Part shown: positions 1-10,092 of the stretch, in pieces | Position numbering within the stretch: position 1 is the first letter of the stretch | How the letters are laid out: each line of letters begins with the position of its first letter | Source of the DNA: a virus | Taxonomy: Duplodnaviria > Heunggongvirae > Uroviricota > Caudoviricetes | DNA: 64,000 nucleotides | Virus record (IMG/VR): IMGVR_UViG_3300019757_000006 | Strand: one strand, 5' to 3' | The notes under the pieces: generated by a model | What the model was told of the DNA's origin: nothing | Databases searched by the model: none | The model's input: the letters and a program-made list of their open reading frames with translations, nothing else | Program-made: the position numbers and the translations under genes

Positions 1-399
1 CCGACTCAATTAAGTTTTGAAGCTAATGTAGAAGATATAGCCCCGATAAGTAATCCATTATTAGAAGATAATAATCAAGAAGAAGAAAATAGTAAATTTT
101 TGCCTTATATAAATCAAGAAATTATTACTTCTTTATCTTTATCATTATTTGATATTAGGGTACTTAGACAAGAAAATAGATTTCTGTATATATTTATAGA
201 TAAATACAATAATAAAAGATATTATAAAGATCATTTTAAAGCAGAATTCTTCATTAGTAAAAAGGATGGTGTTATTAATAATAGTTATATTGAACCGAAC
301 TCCGATGAGTTCATAAAATATATTGTTACTAACCATTTAGATTTAAATAATATTAGGTATTTACTAGACCAAGAATATAGAAAAGAAATTTTATTATAA
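1..399 (+). CDS. hypothetical protein, 5' partial (frame is open from base 1)
   Basis: The frame of the listed 100..399 ORF is open all the way back to position 1. The listed start is a TTG. The true start probably lies upstream of the window. Confidence 0.45.
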   Translation, partial: PTQLSFEANVEDIAPISNPLLEDNNQEEENSKFLPYINQEIITSLSLSLFDIRVLRQENRFLYIFIDKYNNKRYYKDHFKAEFFISKKDGVINNSYIEPNSDEFIKYIVTNHLDLNNIRYLLDQEYRKEILL

Positions 400-418
400 A
401 AAATAAAAGGTATAAACA

Positions 419-841
419 ATGAAAAAAAAGAGTCTAGTATCTATTTTTAAAAAACATTTAGGTATTCCACATTCTAGACATTATTCTAGAATTTATAATA
501 GAAAAGTAAATTATGAAATAGATGGTATAATAACAGAAACAAGAAGAGTTAGTGTAATAATTGGAGGTAAGAATGATTATATTAGACAAAAAGCTAAAAT
601 TCAATCTGATTTTTATATAAAAAAAGATTTAAAAGATTTAGGTTTTAGAGCATATGATATTATTAAATCCCGAGAGGGTCATTTACATATTTATTTAGCC
701 AAATATATTAAACCGAAAAATATCCAGGTAAAAAAAGGTTATTTACAATTTACAATTCAAAGTAATGAATTAGTTTTACATAAAGGAAATGAATGGCAAA
801 ACAAGAAAATCCAACTCCAGAATGGCTCGGACAAGATTTAA
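419..841 (+). CDS. hypothetical protein
   Basis: 140-aa ORF with ATG preceded by aaaaggtataaacaATG. No recognisable motifs. Confidence 0.5.
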   Translation: MKKKSLVSIFKKHLGIPHSRHYSRIYNRKVNYEIDGIITETRRVSVIIGGKNDYIRQKAKIQSDFYIKKDLKDLGFRAYDIIKSREGHLHIYLAKYIKPKNIQVKKGYLQFTIQSNELVLHKGNEWQNKKIQLQNGSDKI

Positions 842-1305
842 GTTCCGAAAAAATATATACTTTTGTAATTAAGAAAATAGAATTCTTAGTGAGAAAAAGT
901 TTTAGATATGATATGTGGCAAAAACGAAGTAAAGTTGGAGCAAAAGATTGTCCTATCTGTAAAGAGAATTTTTATTATTTAAAACCAGAGTCTCATCATT
1001 ATCCAAGAACTTTATTTGATATAGTAGATAATATATTACAACATCATATAGCTGAAAACGATATAGATGAATGTACTGAATTTGAAATATGTGATGAAGT
1101 AATGAATGAGCATTTTCAGAATAAAGTAGATTTTGTAGTTCTATGTAAACAATGTCATGAAAAATATCATGATAGTGTTCCCGATGTAATAGCAAAAATG
1201 TCTAAAGCTCAGCAAGAGCAAAAAGATGAAGTAAAGAATTATTTTAATAAAGATATTTCTTATAGTACTAATAAAATAAAAAAAGAAGAAAGTGATGAAG
1301 CTTAA
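793..1305 (+). CDS. HNH endonuclease-like protein (start uncertain)
   Basis: The Cys/His pattern CPICKEN...ESHHYPRT...N...VLCKQCHEKYH matches an HNH zinc-finger nuclease motif (HH...N...C..C.H..H). The ORF overlaps the end of 419..841 by 49 nt, so the real start may be an internal Met near 913. Confidence 0.5.
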   Translation: MAKQENPTPEWLGQDLSSEKIYTFVIKKIEFLVRKSFRYDMWQKRSKVGAKDCPICKENFYYLKPESHHYPRTLFDIVDNILQHHIAENDIDECTEFEICDEVMNEHFQNKVDFVVLCKQCHEKYHDSVPDVIAKMSKAQQEQKDEVKNYFNKDISYSTNKIKKEESDEA

Positions 1306-1549
1306 TTATAATTCCACCACCGATGTTCTTTATTTAACTTTTATAAAAGCTAAAGCAGATGAGACTATTATGGATGACGAGTTTATAGTTTATCGTTATA
1401 AAGATAAAAAACTATTAGGAATTACAATCGATGGTTTTAAAGATAGAATTCAGAAAAAAGAATTATCAAAAACCTTTCTGGATAAATATATTCCAGAGGA
1501 AACTTTTAAAACCTTAATAAAAAGAATAAAGGAAGAAAATGACAGCTAG
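1292..1549 (+). CDS. hypothetical protein
   Basis: 85-aa ORF tightly packed between neighbours. Confidence 0.4.
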   Translation: MMKLNYNSTTDVLYLTFIKAKADETIMDDEFIVYRYKDKKLLGITIDGFKDRIQKKELSKTFLDKYIPEETFKTLIKRIKEENDS

Positions 1550-2252
1550 AGAAGCAGAAGTAAAAAGTTTTTTAATGTTGGGAAATGTACCATTTGGTCC
1601 AGGTTTAATACACGAAGGAACTCCATTTGGGCAGACTAATTTTATATTTAATACGAGAGTTAAATATGAAATAGGTAGGGTAGAATTTATGTTTAATCAG
1701 CAAACTAAACCATTTGAATATATTCAAGGAAGTACTCCAAGTTCAATGGAATTAGATATAGGTTCTTTACATACAATGATAAGTCATATTAATTTTGGAT
1801 TACCAAATACTAAACTAAAAGTAACTTTTACAACCGGACCAAATGGAGTACAATCGCAAAAATGGTGTACTGTAAATAAAACTATAGTTAATGAGCAATC
1901 AGCTATTTCGTTTATTTTTGGTAGTACCCATTTTGATGTAATTGGACCAGTTCAGTTAGACTTATTGACTAAACAACTTAATACTGCATTAGATATGTTA
2001 GTAAAAGGAAGTATAGAATATTCAGTGAAGAAAGATCATATTGCTGGTAAGATGCAAGGTGGTAGTAATCCTCCTGCTAGTCCAGCTCCTACTCAACCAG
2101 GAAGCACTCCACCAAGTATTCCAGGACAAGTGAATAATATGAATACCGCTCCAGAAGGAATGAATATAGCTAGACCATCAGGTCCAACAATAGACAAAGC
2201 TCCTGCGAATCCTTCTGAAATAATGCCTGCAATCCCGCCAACTAGAAGATAA
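1539..2252 (+). CDS. hypothetical protein with Pro/Ser/Thr-rich C-terminal tail
   Basis: 237-aa ORF. The C-terminus is GGSNPPASPAPTQPGSTPPSIPGQ...PAIPPTRR, a low-complexity linker-like tail. Confidence 0.5.
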   Translation: MTAREAEVKSFLMLGNVPFGPGLIHEGTPFGQTNFIFNTRVKYEIGRVEFMFNQQTKPFEYIQGSTPSSMELDIGSLHTMISHINFGLPNTKLKVTFTTGPNGVQSQKWCTVNKTIVNEQSAISFIFGSTHFDVIGPVQLDLLTKQLNTALDMLVKGSIEYSVKKDHIAGKMQGGSNPPASPAPTQPGSTPPSIPGQVNNMNTAPEGMNIARPSGPTIDKAPANPSEIMPAIPPTRR

Positions 2253-2261
2253 AGGAAAGAA

Positions 2262-2723
2262 ATGGATAATATAAATTTATTAACTGTATTAGATAGGGTA
2301 TCTGAAGAAGATTTAGAGGCAAGTACTGATGAAATTCAAAAAGTAGTTACCGCTTATGTTCAGTCAGAAGCCTTCGATAATGCTTTCCCAGATCAAGAAT
2401 TAATTTATTTTAATAATAATGGTTTTGATATGACTATAGTTACTATTTTAAAAAGAGATAAAGAAAATTATGATAAAACAGACGAAGAGCTATTACCTGC
2501 TTTTCCAAAGATAACATATATTCTAGAAGTAAATAAAAAAATTGAAATTACAGATGAGACTCAGGAAGTACCAAATCCTTTTAGTATTAGTATTGCTCCG
2601 GATGATTTATTAAATTTGTCCGATAATGAAGAAATTAGATTTTTAACAGAAGCAAAGAAAGCTATTATAGAAATAATTTGTATAATATTAAAAGTATTGT
2701 ATTCGAAAATAAATACAAAGTAA
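2262..2723 (+). CDS. hypothetical acidic protein
   Basis: 153-aa ORF with the RBS-like ggaaagaaATG. Asp/Glu-rich. Confidence 0.5.
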   Translation: MDNINLLTVLDRVSEEDLEASTDEIQKVVTAYVQSEAFDNAFPDQELIYFNNNGFDMTIVTILKRDKENYDKTDEELLPAFPKITYILEVNKKIEITDETQEVPNPFSISIAPDDLLNLSDNEEIRFLTEAKKAIIEIICIILKVLYSKINTK

Positions 2724-2746
2724 TATAAATATATTAAAGGATTAAA

Positions 2747-3520
2747 ATGGAAAGAGAAATGTTAGATTTTATCTTAGAAAGATACTCTGAAAAATACGAG
2801 GCTGAAGATTTCGATTTAAATATGAAAAAATATCAAGAATTAGAAAGTTTTAAAATAAACGAAAATGTTTATAAACAAGACCCAAATTTTTCTAATAAAG
2901 TACATTACATAATGAGATTACATGCTCAATATTATATGACGAAAGTATTCGAAAGTATGAAAGTGGATTTAGAAGACCCAAATACAGCCGAAGTTAGAGA
3001 AGAAGGTAATATTGGGACTGCGGGAAGAATAGTTAAAATGTGGTGTGGAGCAAATACTAAAGATGATAATGAATTATTATGTGGTAGATGGGCTAAGCCT
3101 CCTAGATTAGCAAGTTTTCCAAATACTACAAAGGGAAAAAATAATATACCTATTACGAAAAAGGTAGATTTAATTGCGGTATGTTCTCATCATGCTGCTC
3201 CATTTAGTAGTACTTTTAGACCAGATGGTAAAGCAATAGTTTCATATATTCCAGATAAGATCGTTCTTGGAATTAGTAAACTCCAGAGAATTGTAAATCA
3301 TATTTCTAAACGAGGTTGGTTACAAGAAGATTTAACTAAAGCTATTTACAATGCAGTTTCAGAAGCAGCTGGTTGTGAAGATGTATATGTTGGGTTATTA
3401 AATATTGAACATTCATGTGAAAGTATTAGAGGGGCCAATTCTAAAGACGGATCTTTTTCATCAGAATATTATGGTGGAAAATTCACAAAAGATAAAATTA
3501 GAAATGGTTTAAAATTATGA
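2747..3520 (+). CDS. folE: GTP cyclohydrolase I (FolE / T-fold) family protein
   Basis: VCSHHAAPF...VSYIPDKIVLGISKLQRIV aligns to the FolE catalytic region (CEHH...VAYIP..KVLGLSKIARIV). It lies immediately upstream of thymidylate synthase and DHFR. Confidence 0.75.
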   Translation: MEREMLDFILERYSEKYEAEDFDLNMKKYQELESFKINENVYKQDPNFSNKVHYIMRLHAQYYMTKVFESMKVDLEDPNTAEVREEGNIGTAGRIVKMWCGANTKDDNELLCGRWAKPPRLASFPNTTKGKNNIPITKKVDLIAVCSHHAAPFSSTFRPDGKAIVSYIPDKIVLGISKLQRIVNHISKRGWLQEDLTKAIYNAVSEAAGCEDVYVGLLNIEHSCESIRGANSKDGSFSSEYYGGKFTKDKIRNGLKL

Positions 3521-3930
3521 AATGGTTTGGTCCAAGAGAGAAATCTCTTGGACTCCTGCCACCTCTAAAAGATAAATGTACCTGGTGTTATTCAACATCT
3601 AATATATATTTACAGCCAATATTTACACCAAGGGATATTAGTATACCTTATTTGGATTTACAAGTAAAGAAAAGTAATTTTAAATTTTGTAATAAATGTG
3701 GTACTATATTTGATTATAATTACCATGCTTGGGAACCTGTTTTAGAATGGAAGGTGGCTGGAATGCAAAAAGAAATAAGAAAAATTTTTTTCTTAACTTT
3801 AAAAAAATGTGGAAATAAACTATATATTCCAAAAAAAGTAAATAATAGATGTATAGATGGTATTTATAATATGGAGGAAGAAATTAAAAATCGACCCACC
3901 ACTCCTGATATAAGATTAATACCTGACTGA
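3517..3930 (+). CDS. hypothetical Cys-rich protein (two CxxC pairs, zinc-ribbon-like)
   Basis: CTWCYS....CNKCGT pairs. Start overlaps the folE stop (ATGA). Confidence 0.45.
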   Translation: MKWFGPREKSLGLLPPLKDKCTWCYSTSNIYLQPIFTPRDISIPYLDLQVKKSNFKFCNKCGTIFDYNYHAWEPVLEWKVAGMQKEIRKIFFLTLKKCGNKLYIPKKVNNRCIDGIYNMEEEIKNRPTTPDIRLIPD

Positions 3931-3992
3931 AATGAACCTAAAAAAGAATTGGATTATTATAAAGATAGACCAGAGGGTATGTGTGAAGAACA

Positions 3993-4250
3993 GTGGTTAG
4001 AAATATTTCTAGAACAATAATAAAATTAAAAGGAGAAATTATGACTGGTATTTTTATGAGAGTAAAAAGAAATGATGTAATGGTTAATTTAGAATTAGAA
4101 CATCTGACTGATAAGGAAAGAGAACATCTATTCAAAGATAGACCAAAAATGGAAATAATAAAATTTATGAATGGATTATGTAATTCAATTCAAGAAAAAG
4201 AGGACGCCGATTATAATGAACACTTTTTAGATTCGATGCATCAAGATTAA
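3993..4250 (+). CDS. hypothetical protein
   Basis: 85-aa ORF. The internal Met at MTGIFM is preceded by aaaaggagaaatt, so the true start is probably near 4041. Confidence 0.35.
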   Translation: MVRNISRTIIKLKGEIMTGIFMRVKRNDVMVNLELEHLTDKEREHLFKDRPKMEIIKFMNGLCNSIQEKEDADYNEHFLDSMHQD

Positions 4251-4259
4251 AGGAAAAAA

Positions 4260-5264
4260 ATGAATAGATATTTAGATTTATTACAAGATGTTTTATACGA
4301 TCATAATGAAAGAGATGATAGAACTGGTACAGGTACTTTAAGTGTATTTGGAACTCAAACTAGATATAATTTAAAAAAAGGATTTCCTTTAGTAACAACT
4401 AAAAAAATGTTTACAAAAGGAATTATAGCGGAACTACTTTGGTTTATTGAAGGTAGTACGGACGAAAGAAGATTGGCTGAAATTCAATATGGATTACATA
4501 GAGAGGATCTTATTGGAAAAAATACTATTTGGACGGCAAATGCAGACGCTCAAGGAAAAGATTTAGGTTATGATAATACAGATGTAATTAAAGAATTAGG
4601 TCCCGTGTACGGCAAGCAGTGGCGTTCTTGGACTGGAGATTCTGGAGGAGATATTGATCAAATTAAAAAAGTTATTGATCAAATTCAAAACGATCCCTTA
4701 TCTAGAAGATTAATTGTTTCCGCTTGGAATGTGGCCAAAATAGAAAAAATGGTATTACCTCCATGCCATACCATGTTTCAATTTTATGTTCAACCAACTA
4801 CCCCAGCAATTAGAAAAAATAGAAGTTATCTAAAAGGGACTGATTGTTATTCTCAATATTGTTCTATGTATATACAAGGGAAAAATCCTTCTGACGAGGA
4901 TATTGATCAATTCGATAAAAAATGGGGAATTCCAAAAGGAACTCTGAGTTGTCAATTATATCAAAGAAGCGCAGATTTATTTTTAGGTGTACCTTATAAT
5001 ATTGCCTCTTATTCTTTATTAACTGCTATGATTGCTCAGATATGTGATTTAGAACCAGATGAATTTATTCATACTATTGGAGATGCTCATATTTATTCTA
5101 ATCATGTAGAACAATGTAGAGAGCAATTAACTAGAACTCCTAAAGAGTTATGTAAATTAGAGTTAAATCCTGATATAAAAAATATCGACGATTTTACAAT
5201 GGATGATATAAAAATAGTTGATTATTCGAGTTATGATACTATCAAAGCTCCAATGGCTGTTTAG
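4260..5264 (+). CDS. thyA: thymidylate synthase (ThyA type, with phage/eukaryote-like insertion)
   Basis: Hallmark TS motifs are present: [22 protein letters not shown] and [21 protein letters not shown] (catalytic Cys in PPCH). There is a ~45-aa insertion after FQFYVQ. Confidence 0.95.
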   Translation: MNRYLDLLQDVLYDHNERDDRTGTGTLSVFGTQTRYNLKKGFPLVTTKKMFTKGIIAELLWFIEGSTDERRLAEIQYGLHREDLIGKNTIWTANADAQGKDLGYDNTDVIKELGPVYGKQWRSWTGDSGGDIDQIKKVIDQIQNDPLSRRLIVSAWNVAKIEKMVLPPCHTMFQFYVQPTTPAIRKNRSYLKGTDCYSQYCSMYIQGKNPSDEDIDQFDKKWGIPKGTLSCQLYQRSADLFLGVPYNIASYSLLTAMIAQICDLEPDEFIHTIGDAHIYSNHVEQCREQLTRTPKELCKLELNPDIKNIDDFTMDDIKIVDYSSYDTIKAPMAV

Positions 5265-5272
5265 GATTTAAT

Positions 5273-5773
5273 ATGAAAATTTCAATGATAGTAGCTTATG
5301 GAAACAACTGGGAAATTGGATTTGATAATAAAATGCTTTGGTATATTCCAGAAGATTTTAAAAACTTTAAGAAAATAACTAGTGGTCATTGTATTTTAAT
5401 GGGCAGAAAAACTTTTGAAAGTATTGGTAAACCATTACCAAATAGAACATCTATTATACTATCTAGAAAGCCATTTAATCAGGAAGGAACCCATTCCTTC
5501 ACTGATGTAGAAGAAGTAATAAAATTTGCGGAAGAGACCGGAGAAGAAGAATTATTTGTGATTGGTGGAGCTCAGATATATAAATTAATGATGCCTTATA
5601 TTAGTAAAATGTACATCTCTCATGTTGATTATTCAGCCGACGAAAACAATAAAGTAGATACTTATTTAGATCCAATTAATCTAAACGATTGGAATATGGC
5701 TGAAACTTGGTCTTTTTTATCAGTTGGTGAAACGCCAGCTTGGGATTTTAAAGTATATACAAGAAAGGAATAA
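5273..5773 (+). CDS. folA: dihydrofolate reductase
   Basis: MISMIVAY..N..IG..N.LPW, the LMGRKTFESIG..LPNR motif and FVIGGAQIY are typical DHFR. Adjacent to thyA, like T4 td/frd. Confidence 0.9.
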   Translation: MKISMIVAYGNNWEIGFDNKMLWYIPEDFKNFKKITSGHCILMGRKTFESIGKPLPNRTSIILSRKPFNQEGTHSFTDVEEVIKFAEETGEEELFVIGGAQIYKLMMPYISKMYISHVDYSADENNKVDTYLDPINLNDWNMAETWSFLSVGETPAWDFKVYTRKE

Positions 5774-5774
5774 T

Positions 5775-6122
5775 ATGGGTTTAGATATGGATGTTCATGT
5801 TAATATTGGAACTCAAGAGGAACCGGAATTTAAAGAAATATTATATTGGAGAAAGCAATATTCTTTACAAGACTGGTTTGGAAAATTAGCAATTAGAAAA
5901 AATTTAGTTCGAGATTTAAATGGATTTAATTGTATAGAAGTTCCACTAACAGTTGAAGATATTCAATTACTTAGGAATGATTTAAAAAATAGAAATTGTC
6001 CAGATTTTGATTACGAAGAAAATTATAATCCAGGATGGATAAAGCGCAGATTAGCAGAATGCGATGAAATGCTTAAATATTTATATTTAGGAAAAGAAAC
6101 TAAATACGATTCTAGTTGGTAG
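5775..6122 (+). CDS. hypothetical protein, member A of tandem paralogue pair
   Basis: Starts MGLDMD right after the DHFR stop (aaggaaTAAtATG). It shares LYWRKQ..L.DWF..LA......F.DFNC..VPLT.EDI..L..DL.NR with the next gene. Confidence 0.55.
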   Translation: MGLDMDVHVNIGTQEEPEFKEILYWRKQYSLQDWFGKLAIRKNLVRDLNGFNCIEVPLTVEDIQLLRNDLKNRNCPDFDYEENYNPGWIKRRLAECDEMLKYLYLGKETKYDSSW

Positions 6123-6146
6123 AGTTAAAAAATAAAAGGAGAAATA

Positions 6147-6518
6147 ATGGGTTTAGATATGTACATAGAAATTATTCAAGATAGTGAAGAAGAGGAAGAG
6201 TTAGATCCAGTACTATACTGGAGAAAGCAACCAGCTTTACATGAATGGTTTCATCAATTAGCCTTAGATAAAAAAATAGAATTTGATGATTTTAATTGTG
6301 TTCCCGTTCCATTAACTAAAGAGGATATTTTTAAATTGCAACAAGATTTAAATAATCGGACATTAGATTTTGGAGCAAAAGGTTTTTTCTTTGGAAGTAA
6401 CGATAGTATGTCAGAAGAAGAGATTAAAGATTGGTGTCATGATAGATTACAAGATTGTAATAAATTATTAAAATCAATAGAAGCTGGAAATCAAATTCAA
6501 TATAATTCTTGGTGGTAA
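6147..6518 (+). CDS. hypothetical protein, member B of tandem paralogue pair
   Basis: RBS aaaggagaaataATG. N-terminal MGLDMY and core are clearly homologous to 5775..6122. Confidence 0.55.
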   Translation: MGLDMYIEIIQDSEEEEELDPVLYWRKQPALHEWFHQLALDKKIEFDDFNCVPVPLTKEDIFKLQQDLNNRTLDFGAKGFFFGSNDSMSEEEIKDWCHDRLQDCNKLLKSIEAGNQIQYNSWW

Positions 6519-6521
6519 TAA

Positions 6522-7862
6522 ATGGAAGATAAACCATTAAATCTGGAGAATAAATTAATTAAGATGTATAGCTGGCATCTAAAGGTTCTGGGTGCTTATG
6601 TTCAGAATCCGGATCCAGGTCTATATGGAGTAGAAGATAATATTATTATTAATAGTTCTGATGCAGCCGCTTTATATCCAACGGTTACTGTATTTAGTAA
6701 TATCAGTTCTGAAACTTTATTTGCTAGAGTTTATGATCCAGCCGCGGTAAGTAATCTTGTTAATTTATTGAAGAAAGTATTTGGTATGAAAGCCAAAGGA
6801 GTACCGATAGATACAATCGTATCTCAAGTAATTCCCTCTTTTACTAATGCAGTTGAAACATTATTAAAAGATTATGGTAAACGTAATCAAATTAAAAATA
6901 AAAAAGATGCTTCTGAATTTACTCTAAAATTTTATCCATATGCGTTAGAAAAAATTATTAGATATAATGGGGAACTTGAAGATATTTTCTGTCCAAAAGA
7001 TGATAGAACTTATTATTTATTAAGAAGTTATTTTTTCCCATTAATAGAAACTATTTCCTGGTTGAGTCCACAGAATAAAGGATATAATCAATTAATAGTA
7101 GATTATATTTTTGAACCAGCTTTATTCGATGAGAAGTACGATAATAAAGAACTTTATATATTCGATAATTATCATAATACTAGATTGAATTTTAAAATAG
7201 TAAATAAAGAAACTATTGAGAGGGATTATTTAGAAAAATATCTATTGAATCCTTATGGTTCTTTATTCTATAAACACGATGATAAATTGGCTTTTGAAGT
7301 TGATTTAATTATTCAAGGTTTAGCCGATAGAAGAACTATTAAAAATCAAATGCTTGTTATGGATGCTATTAATGCAAAGATCGATAATAGTCCAACAGTA
7401 AAAGAATTATTTTTAGATACTGACGAAACTATACTTCATTTAACTCGAGAACAAGCTAGCGCTATTCTAGAAGAAATTGAAGATGATCCGGCTATTAGAG
7501 AATATCGTATTAAATCTTTAATATTAGTAGATTTTGAAAATGTAATTTTTGATAATTACGAAGAATTAAAAAGTTATTTTATTAAAAGAAAAGAGCAATT
7601 TGATTCATTGCAAAATGGTATTAAAGTATCGCTGAACTCTGGTTATGGTATTCTAGGAATGCCTACATTTGAATTTTCAGATACTATTGCTGCTAATAGT
7701 ATTACTACTGGTGGTAAAATATTTGGAATTAAAATGTTCCAAGCTGTTTCTGCTTGGGTTATGGAAAGACATGAGGCTAGATTAGATGATTGTGATGATG
7801 AGAATTGGAAGGATGATGATTGGATAGATCTAGAGTTAAAAGATTTATGTGATTATGAATAA
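6522..7862 (+). CDS. hypothetical protein
   Basis: 446-aa ORF with high coding density. No recognisable catalytic motifs. Acidic C-terminus. Confidence 0.55.
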   Translation: MEDKPLNLENKLIKMYSWHLKVLGAYVQNPDPGLYGVEDNIIINSSDAAALYPTVTVFSNISSETLFARVYDPAAVSNLVNLLKKVFGMKAKGVPIDTIVSQVIPSFTNAVETLLKDYGKRNQIKNKKDASEFTLKFYPYALEKIIRYNGELEDIFCPKDDRTYYLLRSYFFPLIETISWLSPQNKGYNQLIVDYIFEPALFDEKYDNKELYIFDNYHNTRLNFKIVNKETIERDYLEKYLLNPYGSLFYKHDDKLAFEVDLIIQGLADRRTIKNQMLVMDAINAKIDNSPTVKELFLDTDETILHLTREQASAILEEIEDDPAIREYRIKSLILVDFENVIFDNYEELKSYFIKRKEQFDSLQNGIKVSLNSGYGILGMPTFEFSDTIAANSITTGGKIFGIKMFQAVSAWVMERHEARLDDCDDENWKDDDWIDLELKDLCDYE

Positions 7863-7879
7863 CTGCAAAAGGATATACT

Positions 7880-8074
7880 ATGGATATAAATAACGAGGAT
7901 AGGGATTTACCTATTCCTCAAACAAAGAAAGTATTTGTATATGGTACTTTAAAAAGCGACTGTTGTAATAATACCGTGATGCAAAATTTAGGAGCTGAGT
8001 TATTATATAAAAGTAATAGGCTAACGGAGAATCAATTAGAACATAAAGAATTTATTTCTGAGTGGATAGAATAA
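7880..8074 (+). CDS. small hypothetical protein
   Basis: 64-aa ORF filling an intergenic gap. Confidence 0.3.
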   Translation: MDINNEDRDLPIPQTKKVFVYGTLKSDCCNNTVMQNLGAELLYKSNRLTENQLEHKEFISEWIE

Positions 8075-8084
8075 AAGGTAAATT

Positions 8085-8501
8085 ATGAAAGATGAATTTG
8101 GAGATAGAGTCCAATTATTAGATATCGCCGAAAAAGCTAGAAGTAATTTATTGAAAGAATTCTATAATGAGGTATTATATGAAGGTTATACTTTCGATGA
8201 GTTAGTTGAGGATGAAGATTTAGATAAAGAAACAATACCTTATTTTTTAGATCATGGAGTAAAAGCTTCCATTTCCAATTATTCTATAACAATAACATGT
8301 AATTATAATGAATATATTTTTCGAAGACATCGTGATACAAATGAGTATCTAAAAATGGAACAGAATAATTGTTTTTTAATAAATAGAAGGGATACTATAG
8401 CCGGATTTAGAAAACTTCTGGAGAAAATGGAAGAAGAAGAAAAACACATTGGACTTATGACCCCAAGAATATTAGAATGGATGTATAATGTTGGTTACTA
8501 A
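8085..8501 (+). CDS. hypothetical protein, tandem paralogue pair member 1
   Basis: RBS aaaaggtaaattATG. The C-terminal half (ITITCNYNEY...EEEEKHIGLMTPRILEWMYNVGY) aligns with the next gene. Confidence 0.5.
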   Translation: MKDEFGDRVQLLDIAEKARSNLLKEFYNEVLYEGYTFDELVEDEDLDKETIPYFLDHGVKASISNYSITITCNYNEYIFRRHRDTNEYLKMEQNNCFLINRRDTIAGFRKLLEKMEEEEKHIGLMTPRILEWMYNVGY

Positions 8502-8910
8502 AGATAGAAAAGGAATAACTCTAAATCCGGATCCAACTCCAGTAGAGTTATTTATAAAAGCCGAAGAATTAAGAAAAGAATTGAAAAAAGATTTTTTTTT
8601 TCAGATACTTCGACAGAGTGTTCCATATGGTAAAGAACATCGAGAACAATTACCCCTTTTATATAAACGTGGGGTAGAAGTAAATATTAGAAATAAACAC
8701 GTGACTATATATACTCAAAATAATGAATTTCAATTTATGAGATTAAATGGGGATATTCGGTTAAATGAAGATGCTTTGAAATTTTCCGTTGATGGATGTA
8801 AAAGTAAATTAGACGTTATGGATAGAATGAGGCGAATAGAAGAAGAATTTAGAGAAATAAATTCATTGATTCCTCAAATTATTCAGTGGATGGAAATGCG
8901 TGGTTACTAA
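8488..8910 (+). CDS. hypothetical protein, tandem paralogue pair member 2
   Basis: C-terminus VTIYTQNNEF...EEEFREINSLIPQIIQWMEMRGY is homologous to 8085..8501. Start overlaps the previous stop. Confidence 0.5.
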   Translation: MLVTKDRKGITLNPDPTPVELFIKAEELRKELKKDFFFQILRQSVPYGKEHREQLPLLYKRGVEVNIRNKHVTIYTQNNEFQFMRLNGDIRLNEDALKFSVDGCKSKLDVMDRMRRIEEEFREINSLIPQIIQWMEMRGY

Positions 8911-8954
8911 GATATTAAAGATATAATCTATGTATTAAATATAAAAGGAGAAAG

Positions 8955-9133
8955 ATGTTATTAAAATTTAAAGCTGTAAGAGGCGAAATTTATTTTAATC
9001 CAGAATGTTCCCAAATAGAATTTTTATCAGATACTGATATAATTATTATTAATGGTGGTGTTCCTCGAAGGTATACTGCTAGTAAAGAGGAAATGAACGT
9101 TCTGAAAAAAAATTTAGGTAAGTTACTATGAAA
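8955..9133 (+). CDS. small hypothetical protein (59 aa, not in the supplied ORF track)
   Basis: Strong RBS ataaaaggagaaagATG. The stop TGA overlaps the ATG of the next gene (cTATGAaa). Confidence 0.3.
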
Positions 9134-9571
9134 ACAATATGTTTAATTTCCTGCGTTAAAGGAAAGAATAATGTTTCAAGTAAAGCAGTTGATTTATATA
9201 AAAGTACTTTATTCTCGGCTCATAAAAATTGGGCTTATAATGTAAGAGGTTTTAAAGAAGAAGATTGTAGAATTTTATCGGCCGAGCATGGTTTAATTCC
9301 AATGGATATTGTTATAGGTCCTTATGAGAAAACCTTGAATAATATGAGTACTCCGGATAAAGGTAAGTGGGCAAGAAAAGTTTATCAGCAATTAAAAGAT
9401 GAATTCGATTTAAAAGAAACAAACTTTGTTATATTAGCTGGAAAAAATTATTATGAAAATTTAGTTCCAGTTTTAAAGAATTTTGAATTACCAGAGAGTC
9501 TTAAAGGTTTACCGATTGGTAAACGAGTTCAGCAATTACATAAAGAAATAACAGAAAGGAAAAATAAATGA
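9128..9571 (+). CDS. hypothetical protein
   Basis: 147-aa ORF translationally coupled on both sides. Confidence 0.5.
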   Translation: MKTICLISCVKGKNNVSSKAVDLYKSTLFSAHKNWAYNVRGFKEEDCRILSAEHGLIPMDIVIGPYEKTLNNMSTPDKGKWARKVYQQLKDEFDLKETNFVILAGKNYYENLVPVLKNFELPESLKGLPIGKRVQQLHKEITERKNK

Positions 9572-10092
9572 TATTAAAAAATAAATTAGATGTTTCGGAA
9601 ATTGAAAGAAATTCAGATATTGTAAGTAGAATGAGTATTGGAGATTATGATTTAATTCAGATTAGTCAAAATCAAAAATTAACCGAAGAAGATATTGAAA
9701 ATGATGTTCCTATTGAAAAGGAAGTAGTTACTTATTCTATTGGAACTACTATGATTAATCTTAGCGAAATACCAAGAACTGGTATTAGTATTGAGGTTAG
9801 AACTGGTAAAGAATTATTAGAAAAACCATTTTTTACAGAAGCATATAATATAATTGAAGATCGAGTTTATTACAATACTCATATTCTTTTAAGAGATAGA
9901 GCCATTAATTATATTTTTGATAATCTAGGAGATGCTACTGAAATGCAATATCTTATTTTATTTATGAAAAGTAATGGATTCTTTAAATCGTTAAATGCTA
10001 AAGAGCAAGAGAATGACAATTTAGTACCAGTAGAAGAATTAATAGATCAAGAAAATGGCTCTGATATTGCGGAGAAACATGATGGAGAATAA
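9568..10092 (+). CDS. hypothetical protein
   Basis: 174-aa ORF whose start overlaps the previous stop (ATGA). Confidence 0.5.
   Translation: MILKNKLDVSEIERNSDIVSRMSIGDYDLIQISQNQKLTEEDIENDVPIEKEVVTYSIGTTMINLSEIPRTGISIEVRTGKELLEKPFFTEAYNIIEDRVYYNTHILLRDRAINYIFDNLGDATEMQYLILFMKSNGFFKSLNAKEQENDNLVPVEELIDQENGSDIAEKHDGE

Noticed and set aside
724-793. Possible -1 programmed frameshift joining 419..841 to the overlapping HNH ORF 793..1305 at the A7 run (730..736)
   Set aside because: Reading the -1 frame from the A-run hits a TAA at 763..765 before reaching the HNH frame. The two ORFs cannot be fused that way. Overlap or an internal start is the simpler explanation.
2747-3520. Calling the T-fold protein QueF (preQ0 reductase) rather than GTP cyclohydrolase I
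   Set aside because: The conserved block matches the FolE CEHH...YIP..KVLG(L/I)SK...IV region much better than the QueF Cys-containing E78/C-terminal motif. The gene is also adjacent to thyA and folA.
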